Shown here piece by piece: positions 10,054-17,866 of a DNA stretch of 55,560 bases (position 1 is its first letter; every line of letters begins with the position of its first letter). The position numbers were made by a program, and so were the translations under genes. Below the pieces are notes generated by a model. That model was given only the letters and a program-made list of their open reading frames with translations. It searched no databases and was not told the origin of the DNA. Source of the DNA: Candidatus Nanopelagicaceae bacterium (GTDB lineage: Bacteria; Actinomycetota; Actinomycetes; Nanopelagicales; Nanopelagicaceae); contig DAINQZ010000002.1 of the NCBI GenBank assembly GCA_036742235.1, forward strand, positions 1 through 55,560, written 5' to 3'.

Positions 10054-10788
10054 ATGCCTTTAGTTCGTCTACATAAAGTCCTCGCTGAGGCAGGAGTCGC
10101 AAGTCGTCGCGCCTCTGAAGAGCTCATCCTCGATGGTCGCGTAAGCGTCGATGGAATCCAAATCACCGAACTCGGATATAAGATTGATCCAGAAATCAAT
10201 CAAGTAGAAGTAGATGGTGAGGCAATTTCTGTAAATAAGTCTAAAATTTACCTTGCGTTCTATAAACCAAAGGGAATTTTGTCCACCATGTCAGACCCAG
10301 AGGGTCGCCCAAATCTCGGCGACTTTTTCCAGGGACGAAATGACCGCCTCTTCCACGTAGGCCGCTTGGATAAGGATTCTGAAGGTTTGATCCTTCTTAC
10401 CAACGATGGCGATGTAACCCATCGAGCAACCCATCCTTCATATGGATTGGTGAAGCGGTACTTGGTTGAGATTGAGGGAACCCTCAATAAGGCCGATATC
10501 GATGCACTCCTCAAGGGAGTCGAACTCGAGGATGGTCTAGCCCGAGCCCTCGAGGTGAAGAGTGTCCGAGAGATCTCCCAGAAACATTCTTGGGCTGAGG
10601 TCTCGATCCATGAAGGCCGCTATCACATCGTCCGCCGTATGTTCATGGCCCTAGAGCTTCCGGTCGTGAGATTGATCCGTACAGACTTTGGACCGATCTC
10701 TATCGGCGAACTCAAAGAGGGTCGGTGGAGAAACCTCAACGAGGGAGAATTAGTAAAACTCTTCAAAGATTTAAAGTTAAAGCGATAA
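10054..10788 (+). CDS. rluB: pseudouridine synthase, RsuA/RluB family, with an N-terminal S4 domain
   Basis: S4 domain (RLHKVLAEAGVASRRASEELILDGRVSV) and the catalytic motif HVGRLDKDSEGLILLTNDG. It sits after scpAB, as in other actinobacteria. An in-frame TGA at 10027 fixes the start. Confidence 0.88.
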   Translation: MPLVRLHKVLAEAGVASRRASEELILDGRVSVDGIQITELGYKIDPEINQVEVDGEAISVNKSKIYLAFYKPKGILSTMSDPEGRPNLGDFFQGRNDRLFHVGRLDKDSEGLILLTNDGDVTHRATHPSYGLVKRYLVEIEGTLNKADIDALLKGVELEDGLARALEVKSVREISQKHSWAEVSIHEGRYHIVRRMFMALELPVVRLIRTDFGPISIGELKEGRWRNLNEGELVKLFKDLKLKR

Positions 10789-11031
10789 ATTGAATTTGTG
10801 TTTAGCGTTAAAACGTTTTATCGATACTAGGGGTAAAACTATTAACGCTTTATCGATATAAATAAGCACAAATTTATCTAGAATTAACAATTTGTCGATA
10901 ATGTGTTGATTGGCTCCAAACGTATCTCTAAATATCGATAATTTGGAATTGAGCAATATTGCTAAAAAGGTTTATAGGTAACACGATTTAAAACTAATCG
11001 AAGAGAGTCAGTCGAACGGTAAGGTTGGAGT
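10789..11031. promoter_or_regulatory. AT-rich intergenic island with phased TATCGATA palindromes; probable promoter/operator region of the aroH-tyrA(-cmk-der) unit
   Basis: Hand count: 52 G+C in 10801-10980 (~29%) against ~50% in flanking coding DNA. Perfect TATCGATA at 10819-10826, 10851-10858 and 10933-10940, and the variant TGTCGATA at 10893-10900. Palindromes TAAAACGTTTTA (10809-10820) and AGCAATATTGCT (10952-10963). Inverted repeat AGCGTTAA (10804-10811) / TTAACGCT (10842-10849). No credible ORF. Confidence 0.6.
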
Positions 11032-11394
11032 ATGAAGGTAAGAGCTTTTCGCGGCGCGACCCAATTGCAGGGCGATGACCCGATCGAGATGGAGTCTGCA
11101 GTCTGCGAACTTTTGACTGAAATCTTTGCCGTCAACTCAATTGCCAACGAAGACCTCATCTCAATCCTCTTCACCTCGACGCCGGATCTGCAGTGCGAGT
11201 TCCCTGCGAAGACAGCCAGATCACTCAATTTAGGTGATGTTCCTCTGATGTGTGCAGTTGAAGTGGATGTGACAGGCGCCCTTCCTCGCATCGTACGAGT
11301 CATGGTTCATGCTCACTCACCCTTGGAACGCAGCGCTATTCGACATATTTATCGCCGCGGAGCAGAAGCTCTTCGACGAGATATCGCTCAATAA
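11032..11394 (+). CDS. aroH: chorismate mutase, AroH class
   Basis: It aligns by eye along its whole length with Bacillus subtilis AroH (RGIRGATT...SATPDL...FPAKAVR...MDVTG.L...IRVM). Here the matching segments are RAFRGATQL, TSTPDLQCEFPAKTARS, EVDVTGALPRIVRVMV. SD GGTTGGAG lies upstream. Confidence 0.88.
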   Translation: MKVRAFRGATQLQGDDPIEMESAVCELLTEIFAVNSIANEDLISILFTSTPDLQCEFPAKTARSLNLGDVPLMCAVEVDVTGALPRIVRVMVHAHSPLERSAIRHIYRRGAEALRRDIAQ

Positions 11395-12470
11395 TGCCTA
11401 GTCAGATGAGCCAGATGAAGATCCGCATAGTTGGTGCAGGACTTATGGGCACCTCTCTAGCTCTTTCGCTCAAAAGTGCGGGGCATGAGCTCGAGATGAT
11501 CGACCAAAATGTCGACCATCAACGTATGGCTCGCGACCTTGTTGGTGCAAATGATGTGGTAAACCCAGATCTGATTATCATTGCAACTCCGGTAGAATAC
11601 GTTCTAGAGGTCCTTAAGGAGCAATATCAAGCAAACCCTGATGCGAGGTTTATAGACATTGGGGGATTAAAGTCCAATCTTCTACTAGAGGTTGCAACTA
11701 TTCCGGGTTTAAATGCTCGTTTCCTCGGTACACACCCGATGGCTGGGCGTGAAGTCGTGGGTCCAGAGGGTGCTAGAGCGGACCTCTTTGAAGGCCGAGC
11801 ATGGATCCTCACGCCAAGTTCGCAAACCGATCGACGTTTTCTTGAGGCGATAAAGGAGTTAGTCGAAGCCACAGGGGCAACAACTTTCGAATTGGAGCCT
11901 GAGCTCCACGATGAACAGATCGCCCTCATCTCTCATCTACCGCAGGTGGTTGGTTCCCTCCTGGGAGGAGAGCTCGACGGTCGGGATCCTGAAGAGTTGA
12001 CGCTGGCAGGAGCGGGTTTGAGAGATACCTCAAGGCTCGCGGGAAGTTCACCGGATCTCTGGGCTGCGCTGCTCACGATGAATGCGAAGGAAGTTCTCCC
12101 TTTGTTGGAATCGCTAAGAGGATCTATCGACTTATTGATTGAACGACTTGAAGAGGGTGATCGCGAAGGAGTTCGAGAGTTTGTTGCTCGAGGCAATCGT
12201 GGACGGGCTCTCATTCCTGGAAAGCATGGTGGGGCGGGTCGAAATTACGATCTGCTGCCGATCGTCATTGATGACAAGCCCGGACAGCTAGCAAAGATCT
12301 TCGCAGAATGTGAAGCGGTGGCAGTCAACGTAGAAGATCTCTCGATCGAACATAGCCCAGGTCAACTCACTGGATTAATTACGTTGGCGCTATCTCCAGA
12401 TGATGCGATAAAGCTTCATAGTCACCTCTTAAGCAAGGGTTGGCTCGCGCATAAACCTCGCTCTGCATAG
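11394..12470 (+). CDS. tyrA: prephenate dehydrogenase with a C-terminal ACT-like domain
   Basis: Rossmann motif IVGAGLMGTSLALSL, the catalytic region GTHPMAGRE, and the tail LLPIVIDDKPGQLAKIF. The TAATG junction overlaps the aroH stop by 1 nt. Confidence 0.88.
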   Translation: MPSQMSQMKIRIVGAGLMGTSLALSLKSAGHELEMIDQNVDHQRMARDLVGANDVVNPDLIIIATPVEYVLEVLKEQYQANPDARFIDIGGLKSNLLLEVATIPGLNARFLGTHPMAGREVVGPEGARADLFEGRAWILTPSSQTDRRFLEAIKELVEATGATTFELEPELHDEQIALISHLPQVVGSLLGGELDGRDPEELTLAGAGLRDTSRLAGSSPDLWAALLTMNAKEVLPLLESLRGSIDLLIERLEEGDREGVREFVARGNRGRALIPGKHGGAGRNYDLLPIVIDDKPGQLAKIFAECEAVAVNVEDLSIEHSPGQLTGLITLALSPDDAIKLHSHLLSKGWLAHKPRSA

Positions 12471-12486
12471 CCAGTAAGGTTCTCTT

Positions 12487-14454
12487 ATGTCGACTACCGT
12501 GATCGCGATAGATGGTCCGAGTGGTTCCGGAAAATCTTCTACTGCCAAAGCAATAGCCCTGCGTGCCAATTGGGATTACTTAGATACTGGCGCGCTCTAT
12601 CGAGCCGTTACCTGGGTAGCTCTTGAACGCGGAATCACCAATCCGCGCGAGTTGGTCAGAGCGTGCGAAGAGGCACTTATTACCTTTGATGGCGATCCAA
12701 GTGACCCAAGAGTCTTCGTTGGCGAAACCGACATCTCCGAAATTATTCGCTCACTTCGCATAACAGATCAGGTGAGTATCTACGCGCAGATGGCAGAGGT
12801 GCGGGAGTTTCTCTTACATATGCAGCGAGAGATGATTCATTCATCCGAACATGGCATTGTCGTTGAAGGCCGCGACATCGGGACTGTTGTTGCACCAGAG
12901 GCGCATATGAAGATCTTCCTCTACGCAGACCTACAACAGCGAACAGCGCGACGTGAAAATGAGTTGAGCGAAGGCGATACCGAAACGATCGAACGATCAC
13001 TGTCGAACCGTGATGCGATTGATACCCAGCGAAAGATCTCGCCACTTCGCATGGCTGCGGATGCACTTGAAATTGACTCCACAAATCTCGACTTAGACGA
13101 AGTAGTGGAAGTTATCTGGGGTTGGCTCAAGGAGCGCAATCTCTTGGGTCTACCTAAAGTTGCAGTAATCGGCCGCCCAAACGTTGGAAAATCAACCCTG
13201 GTTAATCGCATCATTGGTCGTCGCGAGGCGATCGTTGAAGATACTCCGGGTGTGACACGAGATCGCGTGAAGTATGAAGCCGAGTGGAATGGTCGTCGCT
13301 TCTTGTTGATCGATACTGGCGGTTGGGAAGTAAAGCCGGAGGGAATTTCGGAGAAGATCACAGCTGGTTCTGAGATTGCAATTGCTGAGTCTGACGTTGT
13401 TCTCTTCGTTGTCGATGCGCAAGTTGGTGCACTCGACGAAGATGAAGCGCTTCTGCATCTATTACGTCGCTCAGGCAAGGCCGTCATTCTCGTAGCAAAT
13501 AAGGTGGATGGAACTGCGGAAGAGTCACAAGCACATGCGCTCTGGAATTTGGGATTAGGCGAGCCACACTTTGTATCAGCATTGCACGGTCGTGGCGCCG
13601 GAGATCTTATGGATCTCTTGATTAAGACTCTTCCTGAAGTGGGTAGCGAGCCGATGGATGATGGCTATCGCCGCATTGCTTTGGTGGGTCGACCAAATGT
13701 TGGAAAGTCGAGTTTGCTCAACGCGTTGGCAGGGGAAGCACGAGTTCTTGTTGATGATGTTGCAGGAACGACCCGTGACCCAGTCGATGAGTTAATCAAT
13801 TTCGGTGGAACGACCTGGCGCTTCATTGATACCGCCGGTATTCGCAGAAGGAGTCATCAGGATTCTGGTACCGATTATTACGCTTCGCTCCGTACTGCCA
13901 ATGCCTTGGCTCGCGCGGAAGTTGCAGTGGTTGTTTTTGACGCTTCAGAGCCACTCACAGAGCAAGATATTCGAATCGTCACTATGGCTGAAGAAGCTGG
14001 AAGAGCACTGGTACTTGTGATGAACAAGTGGGATCTCGTTGATGAAGATCGCCAGAGTCAATTGGCGAAGGAGATGGAGCGTCAGCTCGAGAGATATCCG
14101 TGGGCACAGCGCGTCAATATTTCAGCGAAGACTGGTTGGCACCGTGACCGGTTAGCGCCGGCTCTTCGTACATCGATCACGAGCTGGGAGAAGCGGGTAC
14201 CGACTTCAAAGCTCAATGCCTTCCTCGGCGCACTCATCTCGGCCACCCCGCCACCGGTTCGCGGAGGCAAGCAACCCAAGATTCGGTTTGCCACCCAGGC
14301 GGCGATCATGCCGCCGAAGTTCGTCATCTTCGCAAGCGACTGGGTTGAGGCCTCCTACCGACGCTTTATCGAGCGCCGCCTTCGCGAGGAGTTTGGCTTC
14401 GATGGCAGTCCGGTCGAAGTTTCACTGAAGATCAAAGAGCGCGATAAGGAGTAA
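12487..14454 (+). CDS. cmk-der: bifunctional cytidylate kinase / ribosome-biogenesis GTPase Der (EngA), in-frame fusion
   Basis: Residues ~1-220 are Cmk ([26 protein letters not shown]). From ~aa 222 onward there are two tandem GTPase domains ([13 protein letters not shown]...DTGG...NKVD, and [13 protein letters not shown]...DTAG...NKWD) and a KH-like C-terminus. No stop or frameshift occurs at the junction (~13130-13160). Confidence 0.92.
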   Translation: MSTTVIAIDGPSGSGKSSTAKAIALRANWDYLDTGALYRAVTWVALERGITNPRELVRACEEALITFDGDPSDPRVFVGETDISEIIRSLRITDQVSIYAQMAEVREFLLHMQREMIHSSEHGIVVEGRDIGTVVAPEAHMKIFLYADLQQRTARRENELSEGDTETIERSLSNRDAIDTQRKISPLRMAADALEIDSTNLDLDEVVEVIWGWLKERNLLGLPKVAVIGRPNVGKSTLVNRIIGRREAIVEDTPGVTRDRVKYEAEWNGRRFLLIDTGGWEVKPEGISEKITAGSEIAIAESDVVLFVVDAQVGALDEDEALLHLLRRSGKAVILVANKVDGTAEESQAHALWNLGLGEPHFVSALHGRGAGDLMDLLIKTLPEVGSEPMDDGYRRIALVGRPNVGKSSLLNALAGEARVLVDDVAGTTRDPVDELINFGGTTWRFIDTAGIRRRSHQDSGTDYYASLRTANALARAEVAVVVFDASEPLTEQDIRIVTMAEEAGRALVLVMNKWDLVDEDRQSQLAKEMERQLERYPWAQRVNISAKTGWHRDRLAPALRTSITSWEKRVPTSKLNAFLGALISATPPPVRGGKQPKIRFATQAAIMPPKFVIFASDWVEASYRRFIERRLREEFGFDGSPVEVSLKIKERDKE

Positions 14455-14456
14455 CG

Positions 14457-15014
14457 ATGGGAGAAGCTCGCACCATTCTCACCATCCCGAACGGGCTGAC
14501 TGCGCTTCGCGCATTGGGCATCCCGCTCTTTCTCTGGCTCTTCCTCTCGCAACATAATCCTGGCTGGAGTTTTGCTGTTCTCGCCTTCGGAGCATTCACG
14601 GATTACGCAGATGGCAAGGTCGCAAGAGCACTCAAGCAGGAATCAGCTCTTGGGGCGGCTATGGATCCGACGATTGATCGGGCCTACATTGCGGCTACCG
14701 TGATTGCATTGGCCATTCGCAATTACATTCCTTGGTGGGTTGTCGTGACCTTGATTCTCCGAGATATCTGGGTTGGTCTCGCTCTTATCTATAAGAAGAA
14801 AAAGTCCGGGGAGATCTTCACAGTCACCTTCCTCGGAAAGGCTGCAACCTTCAATCTGCTCTATGCCTTCCCGTTGCTCCTTCTTCAATCAGATCGCGGA
14901 CCGGGGAGATTGGCCCATATTCTGGGATGGAGTTTTGCGATCTGGGGGATAGGGTTGTACCTCGTGACAGCACTTGATTACACGCGCGAGGCACTCTCGA
15001 CCGAAAGGAAATAA
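14457..15014 (+). CDS. CDP-alcohol phosphatidyltransferase family protein (PgsA2 / cardiolipin-synthase-like)
   Basis: The signature D(x)2DG(x)2AR(x)8G(x)3D(x)3D appears as DYADGKVARALKQESALGAAMDPTIDR. The protein has multiple TM segments. Its position next to gcvH parallels M. tuberculosis pgsA2 (Rv1822) near Rv1826. Confidence 0.82.
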   Translation: MGEARTILTIPNGLTALRALGIPLFLWLFLSQHNPGWSFAVLAFGAFTDYADGKVARALKQESALGAAMDPTIDRAYIAATVIALAIRNYIPWWVVVTLILRDIWVGLALIYKKKKSGEIFTVTFLGKAATFNLLYAFPLLLLQSDRGPGRLAHILGWSFAIWGIGLYLVTALDYTREALSTERK

Positions 15015-15021
15015 TTCGATC

Positions 15022-15408
15022 ATGGCGACAGCTCCAGATCATTTGAAGTACACGAAAGAGCACGAGTGGGTTGCAGAACGCCCTGAAGGTCAAGATGGAG
15101 TTGTTCGGATCGGCATCACTGACTTTGCGCAAGGCGCCCTCGGAGATATCGTCTATATCCAACTTCCAAAGGTTGGCGAAGAGCTAGTTGCTGGAGCTGT
15201 CTGCGGCGAAGTGGAATCGACAAAATCTGTGAGCGAAATTTATGCACCAGTGAGTGGCAAGGTAGTTGCCATCAATTCGAATCTCGATGGCGCCCCTGAA
15301 ACTCTCAACTCTGATCCTTACGGTGCGGGGTGGATTGCCGATGTTGCGATCGCAGGGACTCCTTCTGACCTCATGAGCGCGTCGGAGTATCTAGAAATTA
15401 CCGCTTGA
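15022..15408 (+). CDS. gcvH: glycine cleavage system protein H
   Basis: HLKYTKEHEWV, GITDFAQGALGDIVYIQLP and the lipoyl-lysine motif ESTKSVSEIY. The start is taken at ATG 15022; the track's 14974 start overlaps the preceding gene and adds non-homologous residues. Confidence 0.92.
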   Translation: MATAPDHLKYTKEHEWVAERPEGQDGVVRIGITDFAQGALGDIVYIQLPKVGEELVAGAVCGEVESTKSVSEIYAPVSGKVVAINSNLDGAPETLNSDPYGAGWIADVAIAGTPSDLMSASEYLEITA

Positions 15409-15509
15409 CCTAACTTCCTGAGGGCAATAGTGTCAGCCTCCAGTTGACCTCAAACCTTCCCCATGAGGAATATTGACGGTATCTATCTAAAAGAGTCGGG
15501 AGGTTCTCA

Positions 15510-15989
15510 GTGAGTAGTTCACCGAAGACCCCTGGCGAAGGTCATACAGAACCTGCTGGCAATCCGGATCTCACATCCACAATTCACCTCTCATCATTGC
15601 GATCAGTGAGAAATCAGCGCAATATTGAAGAGATCTTCAGAACGATGTCTGCCGAAGAGCGCGAGATTGTGGCCCAGCTTCCCAAGAATTCAGCGATGTT
15701 GCTGGTCCTAGCTGGCGCGAATAAGGGCGCCCGATTCCTGATCAATGGCAACTCCACCTCAATCGGAAGAGACCCACAGTCAGAGATCTTCTTGGATGAT
15801 GTGACAGTTTCGAGAAAGCATGCTGAGGTTCTGAGAGATGGCGATAACTACGTCATTGTTGATCTCGGAAGCTTGAATGGAACGTACCTTAATTCTCAAC
15901 CGTCTAATCGCGAGCGACTTGTCGTCGGCGATGAAGTGCAAATTGGTAAGTATCGATTGACATATTTTTCTGGAAAGGGAAATTCATGA
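15510..15989 (+). CDS. garA: FHA-domain regulator, GarA/OdhI family
   Basis: The C-terminal FHA domain is near-identical in pattern to GarA (GR.P.S.IFLDDVTVSRKHAE...VDLGSLNGTYLN...L..GDEVQIGKYRL). The N-terminal tail carries a Thr/Ser cluster (DLTSTIHL) where GarA has ETTS. GTG start with SD GGGAGG. It lies between gcvH and a MerR regulator, as Rv1827 does. Confidence 0.88.
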   Translation: MSSSPKTPGEGHTEPAGNPDLTSTIHLSSLRSVRNQRNIEEIFRTMSAEEREIVAQLPKNSAMLLVLAGANKGARFLINGNSTSIGRDPQSEIFLDDVTVSRKHAEVLRDGDNYVIVDLGSLNGTYLNSQPSNRERLVVGDEVQIGKYRLTYFSGKGNS

Positions 15990-16699
15990 GCGTTCCAGCA
16001 CGTGCATATTTGAGCATCGGAGAAGTTCTAGGCAAGCTCCGTGGTGAATTCCCAGACGTTACGATTTCAAAGATTCGCTTCCTTGAGGCCGAAGGTCTGA
16101 TCGATCCTCAACGCACGCCATCTGGGTATCGCAAGTTCACCAGTGTCGACCTAGATCGCCTTCGTTATGTACTCGCAGCACAGCGCGACCAGTACCTTCC
16201 GCTTCGCGTGATCAAAGAGAATTTGGATGCGCTAGATCGCGGATTAACTCCCGCATTAGTACCAGGAAGCGTTGCCGCACCACGGTTAGCTACTGTCGAT
16301 GGCGAATTCGCTCCATCCCACTTTGGTGAAGCGAGTGAACTCCGACTCTCTCGCAGCGAGCTTTTGCAGAGCTCTGAACTAACAGAAGAGCAACTCACCG
16401 AACTTGAAGGCTTTGGTCTCATCACGATGAAGGGTCGTTACTACGACGCAGATGCACTTGCAGTGGGTCGCGCAGTGGCAGATATGGCTGCATTTGGAAT
16501 TGAAGCGCGCCACTTGCGTTCATTCAAGACTGCAGCAGATCGCGAAGTTGGACTCGTCGAGCAGGTGATCACGCCGTTGCTTCGACAGAAGGGCGCTGAT
16601 GCCAAGGCTCGCGCTGAAGAAGTTCAGAATGAACTCTCATCCATCTCGGTCCGGTTACATGCCGCTTTGGTCCGCGCTGGCCTCCACCGTTCTAAATAG
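15986..16699 (+). CDS. MerR-family transcriptional regulator (Rv1828 / corynebacterial FtsR-like)
   Basis: N-terminal MerR HTH (LSIGEVLGKL...ISKIRFLEAEGLIDPQRTPSGYRKF) and an ATGA overlap with the garA stop. The position is conserved after garA. Confidence 0.85.
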   Translation: MSVPARAYLSIGEVLGKLRGEFPDVTISKIRFLEAEGLIDPQRTPSGYRKFTSVDLDRLRYVLAAQRDQYLPLRVIKENLDALDRGLTPALVPGSVAAPRLATVDGEFAPSHFGEASELRLSRSELLQSSELTEEQLTELEGFGLITMKGRYYDADALAVGRAVADMAAFGIEARHLRSFKTAADREVGLVEQVITPLLRQKGADAKARAEEVQNELSSISVRLHAALVRAGLHRSK

Positions 16700-16714
16700 T
16701 CGCGTCGAGTATCT

Positions 16715-17194
16715 GTGAGCGAGGGCAATCTTCTTCCCGTTGAGGTAATTGGCGTTCGAGTTGAGATGCCATCGAACCAACCAATCGTTCTCCTTCGTGA
16801 AGTCGGGGGAATCAGGTACCTCCCAATTTGGGTTGGTGCGGTCGAAGCAAGCGCGATTGCCTTTGCTCAACAAGGAGTACTTCCGCCCCGGCCAATGACG
16901 CACGATCTCTTCAAGACCGTTATTGATACCTTCGGCTCACCTCTTGAATCAGTGCACCTGACTGAGATCCGTGAGGGTGTCTTCTACGCGGTCCTCAATT
17001 TCGAGGGGGGAGTGACGATCTCGGCTCGTCCTAGCGATGCGATCGCCTTAGCCCTTCGTATGGAGACCCCGGTTCTAGCGACCGTAGAGCTCTTTACCGC
17101 CGTTGGCATCGAGATCCCTGACGCCGCCGAGGATGAGGTCGAGAAGTTCCGTGAATTCTTAGATCAGATCAACCCAGATGACTTCGCCGGCTAA
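16715..17194 (+). CDS. bifunctional nuclease family protein (DUF151; Rv1829-like)
   Basis: The pattern VEVIGVRVEMPSNQPIVLLRE...YLPIWVGAVEASAIA...RPMTHDL is typical of DUF151 proteins, and it is syntenic with Rv1829. Confidence 0.8.
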   Translation: MSEGNLLPVEVIGVRVEMPSNQPIVLLREVGGIRYLPIWVGAVEASAIAFAQQGVLPPRPMTHDLFKTVIDTFGSPLESVHLTEIREGVFYAVLNFEGGVTISARPSDAIALALRMETPVLATVELFTAVGIEIPDAAEDEVEKFREFLDQINPDDFAG

Positions 17195-17265
17195 CCCTCA
17201 ACCTCGAGTTGAATCTTTAGGGAGTGCCTGCGTGTCGCTCATTGCCCATTGGAAACCCTCAACCT
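17193..17265. repeat. 12-nt direct repeat AACCCTCAACCT (17193-17204 and 17254-17265) in the gap upstream of the second MerR gene
   Basis: Read directly. The first copy overlaps the TAA of the DUF151 gene and the second lies 35 nt upstream of ATG 17300. Function unknown. Confidence 0.9.
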
Positions 17266-17299
17266 ATGCTTTAGCCATTCCCCATAGAAGTGAGTTCTG

Positions 17300-17824
17300 A
17301 TGAGCGAGAAAGTTCCCAGCTCCGAGAGAGCCGAAGTTGGCTATCGCGGCGCTACGGCATGCGTAGCAGCGGGCATTACCTATCGTCAGCTCGATTACTG
17401 GGCACGTACAGGACTTGTTGAACCAAGCATCAAGAGTGCATCGGGTTCTGGATCCCAGCGGCTCTATGGCTTCAGAGATATTCTCGTTCTCAAGATTGTG
17501 AAGCGCCTCTTAGATACCGGCGTATCACTCCAAAATATTCGCACAGCTGTTGAGCACCTCCGAAGCAGGGGAGTCTCTGATCTTGAGAGCATGACGCTCA
17601 TGAGCGATGGCACCACTATTTATGAATGTGCCAGTGCTGACCAGATTGTCGATCTTCTTCAAGGAGGACAGGGCGTATTTGGTATCGCTATTTCTCGAGT
17701 CTGGAGCGAGGTGGAAGGTTCACTCTCCACCTTGCAAGGTGAGATCAACGGCCAATCAGTGGGTGTTGAAGGTAACGTCGGTAATGACGAACTCTCTCAG
17801 CGTCGGAAGGCGAAAGGCGCCTAA
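17300..17824 (+). CDS. MerR-family transcriptional regulator (Rv1830-like)
   Basis: MerR HTH (TACVAAGITYRQLDYWARTGLVEPS...GSQRLYGFRDILVLKIVKRLLDTGVSLQNIR). The position before gcvP matches Rv1830. Confidence 0.85.
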   Translation: MSEKVPSSERAEVGYRGATACVAAGITYRQLDYWARTGLVEPSIKSASGSGSQRLYGFRDILVLKIVKRLLDTGVSLQNIRTAVEHLRSRGVSDLESMTLMSDGTTIYECASADQIVDLLQGGQGVFGIAISRVWSEVEGSLSTLQGEINGQSVGVEGNVGNDELSQRRKAKGA

Positions 17825-17866
17825 TACCAATATTCTTCCCCTACGTCACAAGCCAGGGGAGCGAGC

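Noticed and set aside
10885-10915. A possible dif (XerCD) site, since ...GTCGATAATGTGTTGATTGG resembles the GCGCATAATGT part of E. coli dif.
   Set aside because: The highly conserved XerD arm (TTATGTTAAAT-like) is absent on either strand, so only the XerC-arm half shows partial similarity.
10789-11031. The AT-rich island read as a replication origin or DnaA-box cluster. TTATCGATA and TTGTCGATA match the TTATCCACA / TTGTCCACA consensus at 7 of 9 positions.
   Set aside because: Both mismatches fall in the conserved CACA core. No dnaA, dnaN or other origin-linked genes are nearby, and actinobacterial oriC normally lies between dnaA and dnaN. I kept the island as a finding with an unknown binding protein instead.
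12921-13487. Long antisense or alternative-frame ORFs inside well-supported genes. Examples: 12921-13487(-) 188 aa, 4123-4584(+) 153 aa, 25441-25953(+) 170 aa, 35691-36158(+) 155 aa, 28989-29375(+) 128 aa, 32873-33277(-) 134 aa, 2494-2847(-) 117 aa.
   Set aside because: Each lies entirely within a gene whose product I recognise with high confidence on the other strand or frame. Their translations are Arg/Ser/Pro-rich or low-complexity with no motifs, as expected for shadow ORFs at about 50% GC.
17825-17866. A glycine riboswitch or other leader structure upstream of gcvP, including the small hairpin CCCCT-N12-AGGGG (17838-17859) that overlaps the SD.
   Set aside because: The 42-nt spacer is far too short for a glycine riboswitch and I see no conserved aptamer motifs. 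The 5-bp stem with a 12-nt loop is too weak to call. The leaders of gcvH (7 nt) and garA (101 nt) also show no riboswitch-like conservation.
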